DNA of 64,000 nt from Bordetella parapertussis (GTDB taxonomy: Bacteria > Pseudomonadota > Gammaproteobacteria > Burkholderiales > SG8-39). The translations under genes and the position numbers were made by a program. The stretch is taken from positions 9,017 through 73,016 of the forward strand of contig CAMDDU010000015.1 in the NCBI GenBank assembly GCA_945892985.1. The letters run 5' to 3'. Positions 1 to 9,158 of the stretch are shown here, piece after piece (position 1 is the stretch's first letter; each line of letters opens with the position of its first letter). The notes beneath the pieces are model-generated. The model was not told where the DNA came from. It was given only the letters and a program-made list of their open reading frames with translations, and searched no databases.

Positions 1-1569
1 CAAAATCGCACCTGTCATCGCCAGGTCAATCGCCGGACGCAGCAGCAGGGCACGATCCATTTTGAACAAAATATCCTGGTAGCCGAGAAAACTCGCCAGG
101 TCGTCGCGCCGGATGCGCAAATAACTCTGGAACCAGTCCTCAAAACGGTTGTAGTTCTGCCAGGTCGCGCCCAGGATCAGCGCGCCCATCAGCAGCATGA
201 GGGCGACCACCGCGCGCAACTTGGCGCCGAGCGCGGACGGAAAACCGTCCTTTTCCGTGAGGCCCATCAGCACGGCGGCCGGGCCGAGAAAATGGGCATA
301 CCAAAGGGGAAATTCGACCATGCTGTGTATGGCCTCGACGCCGACGAGCGCGAACAACCACCACTCCGCCAACTTGAATTCGACGCGCCGCGACCGCCAA
401 GCCCAGGTTCCCACCGCCATCGCAACGCAAGCCGTGCCAAGCAAGCCTGTTTCGGCCAGCAGTTGCATAACAATGCTGTGGGCGTGGCGCGACTGCCCGG
501 GGAACACGCTATCGGCGAACAATTCGATGTGCAAAAAATAATTCCAGGCGTACTCGCCAAAACCCGCCCCCAGCAGCGGCGCATCGGCAAACATCAGCCA
601 CGCCTGCCGCCAAAACAACAGGCGTATCGAAGGCTTGGCGTTTTCCGCATAAATGCTTTGCGAAGCCAGGCGCGAGCTGATCGTGTCCGGCGGGCCGGCC
701 ACACCCACGAACCAGCCGCTCTGGTGGACAAAGACTTCCATGCACACCGACAACACCATCGCGCCGGCAAGCCAAAACAGCATTTTCCTTGCCGCAGGCG
801 TGCGCGACAATGCGGCCCAAACGGCCGACAGCAGCACGAACCAGACGAGGTAAAGCCAGGCCGAGCGCGAACTGGACAGCGATACACCGAGCAAGAGCAA
901 CGCACCGGCGAAAATGGCAAAACCGGCGGACAAGCGCCCGCGCTGCACCAGGTAGGCGAGGGAAGCGAGCGCGAGGCAAAGCAGGTTCGCAAACAGGTTG
1001 GCTTGATTGATGTTGCCGAAGGCGTGCTGGCCCTGCATCGCCGAGATTGCCTTGGGCAGGTCGCGCGCATCGATGAAATACTGCAACAACCCGAACACGG
1101 CGTTGAGCATGCCGGCCACCAGCAACGCAAAAGCCAGCACCTCGCAAATGCGCTCCAGGCTGAGGCTGCGTCGCAATTCGCTGCCCAGCCATAGCAGCAT
1201 TGCCGCCCACAACACGTACAAGCCCCCCGTCACCGCCTGCTCGTAATAGGCCACCAGTTCGAGCTCGACCTGCAGGCCGAGCACGGCGGCGAACGCCAGC
1301 AGCCACAGCGCCGAGTGCGGGATGACCAGGCCCGCGCGCGGATGGGCAAGCAATATCGCCCCCACAGCCAGCAGGCCAAGCGCGATGGCCAGCCCTTCCT
1401 GGTAAAAGGTCGGCAGCGGGTACGCATGGTGCGAGAGCAGGAAGGGCAGCGAGAACATCAGCGCGAGAAAAAACAGCGCCGCGTGGGCGGCAAGCGTGCC
1501 GCGCGCGGGAAACGACCTGATGTTTAACGAAATGATAAGCTGGCCTTTGCTTAAGCGAGTTCGAGCCAA
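1..1569 (-). CDS. O-antigen ligase / PglL-type O-oligosaccharyltransferase family membrane protein (Wzy_C-like); C-terminus runs off the window
   Basis: Absent from the ORF track because it has no in-window stop. My reverse-strand translation from ~1569 to base 1 is stop-free and polytopic (ALFFLALMFSLPFLLSHHAYPLPTFYQEGLAIALGLL ... RLLFWRQAWLMFADAPLLGAGFGEYAWNYF ... HAHSIVMQLLAETGLLG), typical of Wzy_C/PglL ligases. Start uncertain: TTG at 1569 or ATG at 1458. Confidence 0.7.
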   Translation of the reverse strand, partial: MARTRLSKGQLIISLNIRSFPARGTLAAHAALFFLALMFSLPFLLSHHAYPLPTFYQEGLAIALGLLAVGAILLAHPRAGLVIPHSALWLLAFAAVLGLQVELELVAYYEQAVTGGLYVLWAAMLLWLGSELRRSLSLERICEVLAFALLVAGMLNAVFGLLQYFIDARDLPKAISAMQGQHAFGNINQANLFANLLCLALASLAYLVQRGRLSAGFAIFAGALLLLGVSLSSSRSAWLYLVWFVLLSAVWAALSRTPAARKMLFWLAGAMVLSVCMEVFVHQSGWFVGVAGPPDTISSRLASQSIYAENAKPSIRLLFWRQAWLMFADAPLLGAGFGEYAWNYFLHIELFADSVFPGQSRHAHSIVMQLLAETGLLGTACVAMAVGTWAWRSRRVEFKLAEWWLFALVGVEAIHSMVEFPLWYAHFLGPAAVLMGLTEKDGFPSALGAKLRAVVALMLLMGALILGATWQNYNRFEDWFQSYLRIRRDDLASFLGYQDILFKMDRALLLRPAIDLAMTGAIL

Positions 1570-1627
1570 GTATACAGGCTGCGCTGTATCGTGCTCCGAC
1601 TTCGGCCATTTTCACCGGCCCCACGCC

Positions 1628-1744
1628 ATGCCAGTGCAAGCCCTCGCCGTCGACACCTACGGCACCCTCTTCGACATTCACTCACAGCCTTGCCCAATTG
1701 CCCGCCCTGCTCACCTGAGCAACCGCGGTTTGCAGGTATCATGA
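1628..1744 (+). pseudogene. 5' remnant of a type II haloacid dehalogenase (HAD) gene
   Basis: ATG at 1628 opens MPVQALAVDTYGTLFDIHS, matching the N-terminal nucleophile motif of L-2-haloacid dehalogenases (FDxYGTLFDVHS). Similarity stops after ~20 codons and the frame ends at 1744. There is no room for the rest of the gene before the Nudix gene. Confidence 0.4.
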
Positions 1745-1772
1745 GGCCCTGCTCATTCATCAGACCGTAATC

Positions 1773-2312
1773 GTGAACTTTTGCTCCAACTGCGGCGCCA
1801 CTGTCGCGCTGAAAATTCCGCCAGGCGACAACCTGCCACGCCATGTCTGCGAGGCCTGCAACACCATCCATTACCAGAATCCGCGCATGATCCTGGGCAC
1901 CATTCCTGAATACGGCGACAAGATCATATTGTGCAAACGCGCCATAGAGCCGCGCTACGGCAAATGGACGCTGCCAGCGGGCTTCATGGAAAACGGCGAA
2001 TCGACCGCAGAAGCGGCGCTGCGCGAAACACGCGAAGAAGCCAATGCCAATGTTGAACTGGGCGCGTTGTTTTCCATGTTGTCCGTGCCTCACGTCCACC
2101 AGGTGCACATTTTTTACCGCGCCACGCTGCTTGACCTTAACTTCGGTCCCGGCGAGGAAAGTCTGGAAGTGGAATTATTCAGCGAAGCGGACATCCCCTG
2201 GTCGGAGCTCGCCTTTCGCACCATCTCGACCACATTGCAGCACTACTTTGATGACCGAAAAACAGGCCGCTTCGCGCTGCACTCCGGATCGATAGAGCCG
2301 CAACATCCCTGA
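1773..2312 (+). CDS. NUDIX hydrolase with N-terminal zinc ribbon
   Basis: 179-aa ORF. CxxC...CxxC ribbon (CSNCG...CEAC) followed by the Nudix box GFMENGESTAEAALRETREEANA. Confidence 0.9.
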   Translation: MNFCSNCGATVALKIPPGDNLPRHVCEACNTIHYQNPRMILGTIPEYGDKIILCKRAIEPRYGKWTLPAGFMENGESTAEAALRETREEANANVELGALFSMLSVPHVHQVHIFYRATLLDLNFGPGEESLEVELFSEADIPWSELAFRTISTTLQHYFDDRKTGRFALHSGSIEPQHP

Positions 2313-2486
2313 CCGGCCGGCGCTGAGCTTCGCTAACGGGATTTGAGCGCAAAGACCAACAGCACGCGCGCGTTTGAGCAGGCCTTGCCAGGCCTTTGGC
2401 CGTCGCAGCTTGCGTCAGGCGCGCAATGTTGCCAAGAGCCCGGCAAGATGGCCAATGCCGAACGCCTACCCTCCTGACCAACGATC

Positions 2487-3191
2487 ATGATCCCCTGGCT
2501 GCAAGACGACGCCCCCTTCCCCGATGTCGAGACCGCCCTCGCGGATCCGAACGGTCTGCTGGCGGCGGGCGACGATCTCAGCGCAGAACGCCTGCTGGCC
2601 GCCTACCGCCGCGGCATTTTCCCCTGGTTTTCCGCAGGCCAACCGGTGCTCTGGTGGTCTCCGGCTCCGCGCATGGTCTTGTTCCCTTCCGAACTGAAGG
2701 TGTCGCGCTCGCTTGCCAAGGTACTGCGCAACAGCGCTTATGAGACTCGCTTTGACACGGCCTTCCAAGACGTCATGCGCGCCTGCGCGGCGCCGCGCCC
2801 CGGCCAACACGGCACCTGGATTACCGATGACATGGTCAACGCCTACACCAAGCTGCATTCCCTCGGCTACGCCCATTCGGTGGAAACCTGGGTGGAGGGC
2901 GAACTCGCCGGCGGGCTGTACGGGATCGCCATCGGCGGCATGTTTTACGGTGAATCCATGTTCATGCGCCGTCGCGATGCCTCCAAAATAGCGCTGGTGC
3001 AACTGGTGCGCCAGCTTGCAACGCGCGGCTTTGGCATGATCGACTGCCAGATGCGCACCGGCCACCTCGCCTCACTCGGCGGCCGCGAAATTCCCCGGAC
3101 AGAATTTTCACAACGGCTGGCGGAGTTGATAAACTACGCGCTCCCGACCGGCAACTGGACCGCAAGCAAACGCATCGATGTCGCAGCTTAA
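2487..3191 (+). CDS. aat: leucyl/phenylalanyl-tRNA--protein transferase
   Basis: 234 aa. N-terminus IPWL..PFPD...[24 protein letters not shown] is the hallmark of Aat. Confidence 0.9.
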   Translation: MIPWLQDDAPFPDVETALADPNGLLAAGDDLSAERLLAAYRRGIFPWFSAGQPVLWWSPAPRMVLFPSELKVSRSLAKVLRNSAYETRFDTAFQDVMRACAAPRPGQHGTWITDDMVNAYTKLHSLGYAHSVETWVEGELAGGLYGIAIGGMFYGESMFMRRRDASKIALVQLVRQLATRGFGMIDCQMRTGHLASLGGREIPRTEFSQRLAELINYALPTGNWTASKRIDVAA

Positions 3192-3918
3192 CGACCTCCC
3201 TGACGCCGTACTGCAGTTCTACGTCACCGCGCCCTACCCCTGCAGCTACCTGCAGGGGAAAATGGCCCGCTCGCAGGTCGCCACCCCAAGCCACCTGATC
3301 AGCTCCGAGCTTTACGGCGACCTGGTGAGACTCGGCTTTCGCCGCAGCGGCATCTTCACCTACCGCCCCTATTGCGACGCCTGCCGCGCCTGCGTGCCGG
3401 TGCGCCTGCCCGTCGCCGAATTCAACATGGCGCGCCACCAGAAACGCGCCATGGCAAAGCACCGGCATCTTGAGGCAAGCAGCCAGGGGCTGCGCTTTCG
3501 CATCGAGCACTACAACCTTTACCTGCGCTACCAGGCGCAGCGCCACGCCGGTGGCGGCATGGACCAGGACAGCCGCGACCAATATTCGCACTTCCTGCTG
3601 CAAAGCCGCGTCAACACCCGCCTCATCGAGTTCCGCGACGAAGGCCGGCTGGTGATGGTGAGCATCGTCGACTTTCTCCCCGACGGCATCTCCTCGGTCT
3701 ATACCTTCTTTGACCCGGAAATCAGCGGCGCGAGCCTGGGCACCTACAACATCCTGTGGCAGATCGAGCAATGCCGCAGCCTCGGCCTGCCCTATCTCTA
3801 CCTTGGTTACTGGATCGCCGAGAGCCGCAAAATGGCCTACAAGGCGCGCTTCAAGCCCATAGAGGGCCTGGTCAACGGCAGCTGGGCCCAGCTCAACACC
3901 GACTCCGCCGGCACCTGA
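3178..3918 (+). CDS. bpt: arginyltransferase-like aspartate/glutamate leucyltransferase (Bpt)
   Basis: 246 aa with ATE_N/ATE_C-like sequence (YPCSYLQGK...[11 protein letters not shown]...YLYLGYWI). Overlaps aat by 14 nt. Confidence 0.9.
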   Translation: MSQLNDLPDAVLQFYVTAPYPCSYLQGKMARSQVATPSHLISSELYGDLVRLGFRRSGIFTYRPYCDACRACVPVRLPVAEFNMARHQKRAMAKHRHLEASSQGLRFRIEHYNLYLRYQAQRHAGGGMDQDSRDQYSHFLLQSRVNTRLIEFRDEGRLVMVSIVDFLPDGISSVYTFFDPEISGASLGTYNILWQIEQCRSLGLPYLYLGYWIAESRKMAYKARFKPIEGLVNGSWAQLNTDSAGT

Positions 3919-4001
3919 GCGAACAAGAAGCAACCCGCCGGTAAGCAGCCGGCAGACAGGCTGCGCCGGGACGCGGCAGCGCCTCTGTTAAAATCGCCGC
4001 C

Positions 4002-5039
4002 ATGTACAGCCTGCTGCGTCCCCTCCTGTTTAAACTCGACCCTGAAACTGCCCACAGCGCTGCCATGCTGGGCCTCGATCTGGCTTATCACCTCGGCCTG
4101 GGCCGGCTGATAGCCGGCGGTGTCGGTGGCACCACCGACACGCCGGCAACGCTGATGGGGCTGAACTTCCCCAACCGCGTCGGCCTCGCTGCGGGGCTGG
4201 ACAAAAACGGCGATCACATCGACGCCCTTGCCGCGCTTGGCTTTGGTTTCATCGAGGTCGGAACAGTCACACCGCGCCCGCAACCGGGCAATCCGCGTCC
4301 GCGCCTTTTCCGCATTGCAGAAGCGCAGGCCATCATCAACCGACTGGGTTTTAACAGCCTGGGCGTCGACTACCTGGTCGAGAGCCTGCGCAACATGCGC
4401 TACCGCGGCATCCTTGGCGTCAACATCGGCAAGAACCTCGACACGCCGATCGCCGCCGCCGAGGGCGATTACCTCATCTGCCTTGAGCGCGTGTACGCCT
4501 ACGCCAGTTACGTCACCGTCAACGTCTCCTCGCCCAACACCACGAACCTGCGGCAACTGCAGTCCAGCGACGCCCTGGAGAGCCTGCTCGCCACCATCGT
4601 GCGCACACGCGACCGGCTGGCGCGGGTGCACGGCAAGCGCATGCCGCTGACACTAAAGATCGGACCCGATCTCAACGATGAGGAACTGGGCGCTGTCGCA
4701 AGACTGGTCATAGCACACGGCATCGACGCGGTGATCGCCGCCAACACCAGCATTTCGCGCCAAGCCGTCAAAGGCCTGCCGCAAAGCGAGGAAAGCGGCG
4801 GCCTGTCAGGTTCACCGCTGTTCGCCTCCTCCAACCGCGTAATCCGCCTGCTGGCCGGGGAACTGGGCGGACGCGTGCCCATCATCGGCTCGGGCGGCAC
4901 GCTCTCGGGCAGGGACGCGCGCGCCAAGCTCGACGCCGGCGCGAGCCTGGTGCAAATCTACAGCGGTCTCATTTACCGCGGCCCGCGCCTCATCACCGAA
5001 GTCCGGCGCGAGTTCGCGACCCCGCCCAGCGACTCCTGA
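4002..5039 (+). CDS. pyrD: dihydroorotate dehydrogenase (quinone), class 2
   Basis: 345 aa. MYSLLRPLLFKLDPETAH N-terminus, GFIEVGTVTP, NVSSPNT and GGLSG motifs. Confidence 0.95.
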   Translation: MYSLLRPLLFKLDPETAHSAAMLGLDLAYHLGLGRLIAGGVGGTTDTPATLMGLNFPNRVGLAAGLDKNGDHIDALAALGFGFIEVGTVTPRPQPGNPRPRLFRIAEAQAIINRLGFNSLGVDYLVESLRNMRYRGILGVNIGKNLDTPIAAAEGDYLICLERVYAYASYVTVNVSSPNTTNLRQLQSSDALESLLATIVRTRDRLARVHGKRMPLTLKIGPDLNDEELGAVARLVIAHGIDAVIAANTSISRQAVKGLPQSEESGGLSGSPLFASSNRVIRLLAGELGGRVPIIGSGGTLSGRDARAKLDAGASLVQIYSGLIYRGPRLITEVRREFATPPSDS

Positions 5040-5043
5040 AACC

Positions 5044-6162
5044 GTGCACGTCGGCCTGCCGCGCGAAATAAAAGACGGCGAATGCCGCGTCGGCCTGACT
5101 CCGGAAGCAGCCGCGGCCATCATCCACGCCGGCCACTCGCTCAGCGTTGAAACCGGCGCCGGCCTTGGCAGCGGTTTCTCCGATGCGGCCTACCACGCTG
5201 CTGGCGCGCAGATCACCGATGCGACCGCCGCATGGCAGGCCGAACTGCTCGTCAAGGTAAAGGAGTTGCAGCCGCCCGAGTACGCCCGCGCGCAATCCGG
5301 ACAAATTCTTTTCTGCTACCAACACCTCGCCCCGGATCCCCGCCTTCTGGACGCGCTTGTCGCCTCCGGTGCTTCGTGCCTCGCCTTTGAAACCGTAAGC
5401 GACGGCAACAACGGCCTGCCTCTTCTCGCACCGATGTCACAAATCGCCGGCCGGCTCGCGCCGCTGATGGGCGCAGAAGCATTGCAGAAAAAAAACGGCG
5501 GCAGCGGGGTACTGCTGCCCGGCGCGCCCGGCGTGCCCCCCGCACAAGTGGTCATTATCGGCGCCGGCCATGCCGGTGCCAACGCCGCGCATGTCGCCAT
5601 GGGCCTGGGCTGCGCCGTCACCGTCTTCGCCACGGGCAGCCCGCGCCTCGATGCGCTGGCCCGCACCCTCGGTCCGCGCCTGCGTACCACTCTGGCAACG
5701 GCGGAATCGCTGGCGGCGTTCATCCCCGATGCCGACCTGGTGATCGGCGCCGTACTCAAACCCGGCAGCCTGTCCCCAAAACTCATAAGCCGCATGCTAC
5801 TGCGACGCATGCGCCCCGGATCGGCGCTTGTCGACATCGGCATCGACCAGGGTGGCATCGCCGAAACCTCCCGCCCCAGTTCGCACTCGCAACCCTTTTA
5901 TGTCGAGGAGGGCATCGTGCATTACTGCGTGCCCAACATGCCCGCCGCGTGCGCCCGCACCGCCACGCTGGCGCTTTCGGCCGCCGTTCTGCCCTACGTG
6001 CTGAAGCTCGCTGCAAAAGGCCTCGCCGCGGCCATCGCCACGGACCCCGGCTTCGGTAGCGGACTGCAACTACACCGGGGCCAGGTCACCTGCACGCGGC
6101 TGGCCCAGGACACAAGGCGCCGGTCCCACCCCTTCAAGGCAGCGGCCGGAGGCTGCACATGA
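5044..6162 (+). CDS. ald: alanine dehydrogenase
   Basis: 372 aa, GTG start. [18 protein letters not shown]-terminus and [14 protein letters not shown] Rossmann motif. Confidence 0.85.
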   Translation: MHVGLPREIKDGECRVGLTPEAAAAIIHAGHSLSVETGAGLGSGFSDAAYHAAGAQITDATAAWQAELLVKVKELQPPEYARAQSGQILFCYQHLAPDPRLLDALVASGASCLAFETVSDGNNGLPLLAPMSQIAGRLAPLMGAEALQKKNGGSGVLLPGAPGVPPAQVVIIGAGHAGANAAHVAMGLGCAVTVFATGSPRLDALARTLGPRLRTTLATAESLAAFIPDADLVIGAVLKPGSLSPKLISRMLLRRMRPGSALVDIGIDQGGIAETSRPSSHSQPFYVEEGIVHYCVPNMPAACARTATLALSAAVLPYVLKLAAKGLAAAIATDPGFGSGLQLHRGQVTCTRLAQDTRRRSHPFKAAAGGCT

Positions 6163-6779
6163 CTGCGCTGTCAGAGCGCATTGACGCGCTGCTGCCGCAA
6201 ACCCAATGCACCAAGTGCGGCTTCAACGGCTGCCGCCCCTACGCCGAGGCCATGGCTTCGGGCGAGGCCGATATCAATCGCTGCCCGCCTGGCGGCGCGG
6301 TGGGCATTGCCAGACTCGCCGCGCTGCTCGGCCGCGAAACCAAAGCTTTGGATACGGCACGCGGCACAGAAGGTCCGCGCCGCGTCGCCCTTATCGACGA
6401 GACGCTGTGCATCGGCTGCACGCTTTGCATACAAGCCTGTCCGGTCGACGCCATCATCGGCGCACCCAAGTTGATGCACACCGTGATTGCCGCGCTTTGC
6501 ACCGGATGCGACCTGTGCGTCCCGCCCTGCCCGGTAGACTGCATCAGCATGCCGCCCGCGCCGGCGGCGCTTGGCACCTGGGATGAGGCCAAGGCCGACG
6601 CCGCGCGTGCGCGCTACGAATTTCGCAATCACCGCCTCGCGAGCGAAGACAAAGCCCGCACCGAAATGCTGGCGCAAAAAACACGCGCGCAGCGCGACGG
6701 CCTGGATGATCCCAAGCGCGCCCTGATCCAGGCCGCGATCGAAAGAGCGCGTGTGCGCCAGGCTGGCGAAAAGCCATGA
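6159..6779 (+). CDS. RnfB/RsxB-like ferredoxin (Fe-S domain plus two 4Fe-4S motifs)
   Basis: 206 aa. N-terminal [13 protein letters not shown] cluster motif, then [12 protein letters not shown] and [16 protein letters not shown] overlap with ald; nth lies downstream, as is common. Confidence 0.8.
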   Translation: MTALSERIDALLPQTQCTKCGFNGCRPYAEAMASGEADINRCPPGGAVGIARLAALLGRETKALDTARGTEGPRRVALIDETLCIGCTLCIQACPVDAIIGAPKLMHTVIAALCTGCDLCVPPCPVDCISMPPAPAALGTWDEAKADAARARYEFRNHRLASEDKARTEMLAQKTRAQRDGLDDPKRALIQAAIERARVRQAGEKP

Positions 6780-6811
6780 CAGCCACCAAAAAAAACAATT
6801 GCAATGCCTGG

Positions 6812-6835
6812 AAATGCCCGTCTGTCGGGCATTTT
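6812..6835 (+). terminator. hairpin downstream of the RnfB-like gene (9-bp stem, 5-nt loop)
   Basis: AAATGCCCG-TCTGT-CGGGCATTT followed by T. Belongs to the CTGGAAA(T)GCCCG hairpin family also seen at 15102 and 16815. Confidence 0.5.
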
Positions 6836-6941
6836 AAGCCATTGCCCATCCGAAAATACCGCCCTGCCCGCACCTCACACCACTCGCACAATGCCGGGCA
6901 TACCCGCACGCCGGCACAGCTGCGATACGCCCGATAAGACC

Positions 6942-7580
6942 ATGAACCCGCAAAAACGCCACGCCATTTTCAGCCGACTGAAGGCCGCCAACCCGGCGCC
7001 ACGCACCGAGCTTGAATACACCACGCCCTTTGAGCTGCTGATCGCGGTGATCCTGTCGGCACAGGCCACCGACAAGGGCGTGAATCTCGCCACGCGCAAA
7101 CTCTTTGCGGTGGCGCGCACGCCCCAGGCCATACACGCACTCGGATTAGACAAGCTGGAGAGCCACATCCGCACCATCGGCCTGTTTCATTCAAAGGCAA
7201 AACACATCATCGAGACCTGCCACCTGCTCCTTGCGCGCCACGATGGGGAAGTGCCGCAGACCCGCGAGCAACTCCAAGACCTGCCGGGCGTCGGACGCAA
7301 GACCGCCAACGTCATCCTCAACACCGCCTTCGGGCACCCGACCATCGCCGTAGACACGCACATATTCCGCGTCGCCAACCGTACCGGCATCGCACCGGGA
7401 AAAAATGTCGACGCGGTAGAAAAACGCTTGCTTAAGTTTGTGGCCGATGAATTCAAGCTCGACGCCCACCACTGGCTGATCCTGCACGGTCGTTATGTGT
7501 GCAAGGCACGCACACCCGACTGTCCGTCCTGCGGCATCGCCGACTTATGCGAATTTCGCACCAAGACGGTGAAGGCTTAA
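6942..7580 (+). CDS. nth: endonuclease III
   Basis: The ORF 6804..7580 contains the canonical start MNPQKRHAIFSRL at 6942. FELLIAVILSAQATD, helix-hairpin-helix LPGVGRKTANV, and C-terminal CxxxxxxCxxCxxxxxC cluster. Confidence 0.95.
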   Translation: MNPQKRHAIFSRLKAANPAPRTELEYTTPFELLIAVILSAQATDKGVNLATRKLFAVARTPQAIHALGLDKLESHIRTIGLFHSKAKHIIETCHLLLARHDGEVPQTREQLQDLPGVGRKTANVILNTAFGHPTIAVDTHIFRVANRTGIAPGKNVDAVEKRLLKFVADEFKLDAHHWLILHGRYVCKARTPDCPSCGIADLCEFRTKTVKA

Positions 7581-7757
7581 AATCGGTGAAGGCGTGAATG
7601 AGTGAAAAGTGACAGAACCAAACACCCCCTTCACGCCTTCACGCCTTCACTCCTTCACTCCTTCACTCCTTCACTCCTTCACACCTTCACACCTTCACAC
7701 CTTCACGCCTTCACGCCTTCACGCCTTCACTCCTTCACGCCTTCACTCCTTCACTCC
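7569..7757. repeat. 8-bp tandem repeat array with an inverted short arm
   Basis: 16 head-to-tail copies of CCTTCACN (7628-7757). They are preceded by three inverted copies, GTGAAGGC GTGAATGA GTGAAAAG (7586-7609), and one more at 7569-7576 inside the nth 3' end. Confidence 0.95.
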
Positions 7758-7761
7758 AAAA

Positions 7762-8187
7762 ATGTTCAATCCCAGCCGCGACGAAGTGCGCAATTTCTTT
7801 TTCGACCTGTGGGCCAAATACCGCGGGCAAGCGCCGCTGGAAGGCCTGGAGACCACCGCACTCGATATCGTGCTGCGTCACCCCGAATACCACGCCATCC
7901 TCGATGATCGCGCCCGCTATGGCACGCATGAATGGACACCACAGGACGGCCAGACCAATCCCTTCCTGCATTTCTCGCTGCATCTCGCGGTCGCCGAACA
8001 ACTGAACATAGACCAGCCGCCGGGGATCAGGGCCGAATTCGAGCGCCTGCAGTCGGTCATGGGCGAACGCCACGACGCTGAGCACGCCGTGCTCGACTGC
8101 CTCGGGGAAACAGTATGGAAAGCCCAGCGCGAAGGCAGCGGACCGGATGCCGAAGCCTATCTGGATTGCCTCAGGCGCAAGGCCTGA
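7762..8187 (+). CDS. DUF1841 family protein
   Basis: MFNPSRDEVRNFFFDLWAKYR...HPEYH is the usual DUF1841 N-terminus. The upstream in-frame extension to 7609 is just the translated 8-bp repeat. Confidence 0.8.
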   Translation: MFNPSRDEVRNFFFDLWAKYRGQAPLEGLETTALDIVLRHPEYHAILDDRARYGTHEWTPQDGQTNPFLHFSLHLAVAEQLNIDQPPGIRAEFERLQSVMGERHDAEHAVLDCLGETVWKAQREGSGPDAEAYLDCLRRKA

Positions 8188-8239
8188 AATCGCCGGTCGA
8201 CTGGAAAAATCCAGCGGCCAAAAACACTGGACAAAAAAA

Positions 8240-8263
8240 GGGCCGGAGAAACCGGCCCTTTTT
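8240..8263. terminator. bidirectional rho-independent terminator
   Basis: A7-GGGCCGG-AGAAA-CCGGCCC-T5, between the convergent DUF1841 and cytochrome c genes. Confidence 0.75.
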
Positions 8264-8304
8264 ATCGTCTTGCTTATCGTCTGGCCGCCCTGGCGGCCCG
8301 CCTA

Positions 8305-8340
8305 CTCTGGCTCTGGCTCTGACGCTGACTCTAACACTTA
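8305..8340. repeat. degenerate 6-bp tandem repeat (about 6 units)
   Basis: CTCTGG CTCTGG CTCTGA CGCTGA CTCTAA CACTTA, abutting the stop codon of the cytochrome c gene. Confidence 0.8.
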
Positions 8341-8691
8341 GTGCCCGCCGCCCTTAAAGCGCGTGAGCGGCACAATATGCAGCGCACCCGTCCGCGACGA
8401 GAAATAGGCGGCAAGGTCTTCCATATCCTGGCGCGACAGATTCGTCACCTGACCGGACATGATGGCGTTCTTGCGCGTGCCGCTCTTGTAGTCGCTCAAC
8501 ACCTTGTAAAGGTAATCCTTGTGCTGGCCGGCGAGCTTGGGGAAATCGGGGCCAACAGGCGTGTTGCCATCCGCGCCATGGCAGGCCGCGCAAGGTGTGG
8601 ATTTCTTCTGGCCTTCGGCGGCATTGCCCGCGGCATGAACCGGGGCGCACAGCGCCAGCGCGCCGAGCAGGAAAAGAGCTTGTTTGATCAT
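8338..8691 (-). CDS. class I monoheme cytochrome c (c4-half-like)
   Basis: Start at MIKQALFLLGALALCAPVHA (signal peptide). One CAACHG haem motif, and distal Met in IMSGQ. Confidence 0.85.
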   Translation of the reverse strand: MIKQALFLLGALALCAPVHAAGNAAEGQKKSTPCAACHGADGNTPVGPDFPKLAGQHKDYLYKVLSDYKSGTRKNAIMSGQVTNLSRQDMEDLAAYFSSRTGALHIVPLTRFKGGGH

Positions 8692-8704
8692 GATTGGTTC
8701 CCGG

Positions 8705-9034
8705 TCAGTTCTTGTGCGAGGCGTAGTAAGCGGCAAGGTCGGCCATATCCTGATCCGACAGTCCGCGCGCGATGCCGCGCATGCTCGGATGGCTGCGGTC
8801 ACCCGTTTTGTAGGCCTGCAGCGCCTTGACAATATAGCCCTCCGACTGGCCGGAAATCATCGGCACATGATAGACATCGGGGAACGCGGTCTTGTAGTAA
8901 GGCACGCCGTGGCAACCAATGCACATGGCGATTTTGTTGTTCTTGGCCGCCTCGGCGTTGCCCTTCAGGGCGTCCTGGGCAAGGGCAGCGGAACTGCCGG
9001 CCAGCAACGCGAATAAAAACAGGATTTTCTTCAT
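8705..9034 (-). CDS. class I monoheme cytochrome c (c4-half-like)
   Basis: Start at MKKILFLFALLAGSSAALA (signal peptide). CIGCHG haem motif and PSMRG distal Met region. Confidence 0.85.
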   Translation of the reverse strand: MKKILFLFALLAGSSAALAQDALKGNAEAAKNNKIAMCIGCHGVPYYKTAFPDVYHVPMISGQSEGYIVKALQAYKTGDRSHPSMRGIARGLSDQDMADLAAYYASHKN

Positions 9035-9158
9035 TGGGTCGCTCGGAATATATAAAAAGGGGAAACCGGGTTCAGCCTGCCCGCTCAAAAGGGCGTCTTA
9101 AAAACCGTTCAGGGTATCCAGGGTCGCGCGGGTGCTTGAAAACATGTGGATTTTACCG

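Noticed and set aside
7628-7757. Possible CRISPR array.
   Set aside because: The units are 8 bp and directly abutting, with no spacers, and no cas genes are present. It is a microsatellite-like tandem repeat.
7609-7761. N-terminal extension of the DUF1841 ORF reading FTPSRLHSFTPSLLHS... (also the alternative ORF 7602..7907).
   Set aside because: It is only the 8-bp tandem repeat read in frame. The unit is not a multiple of 3, and homology to DUF1841 starts at MFNPSRDEV (7762).
8338-9034. The two adjacent monoheme cytochromes c as a disrupted dihaem cytochrome c4.
   Set aside because: Each ORF has its own start codon and signal peptide and a clean stop, with a 13-nt spacer. They look like intact separate genes, not a split pseudogene.
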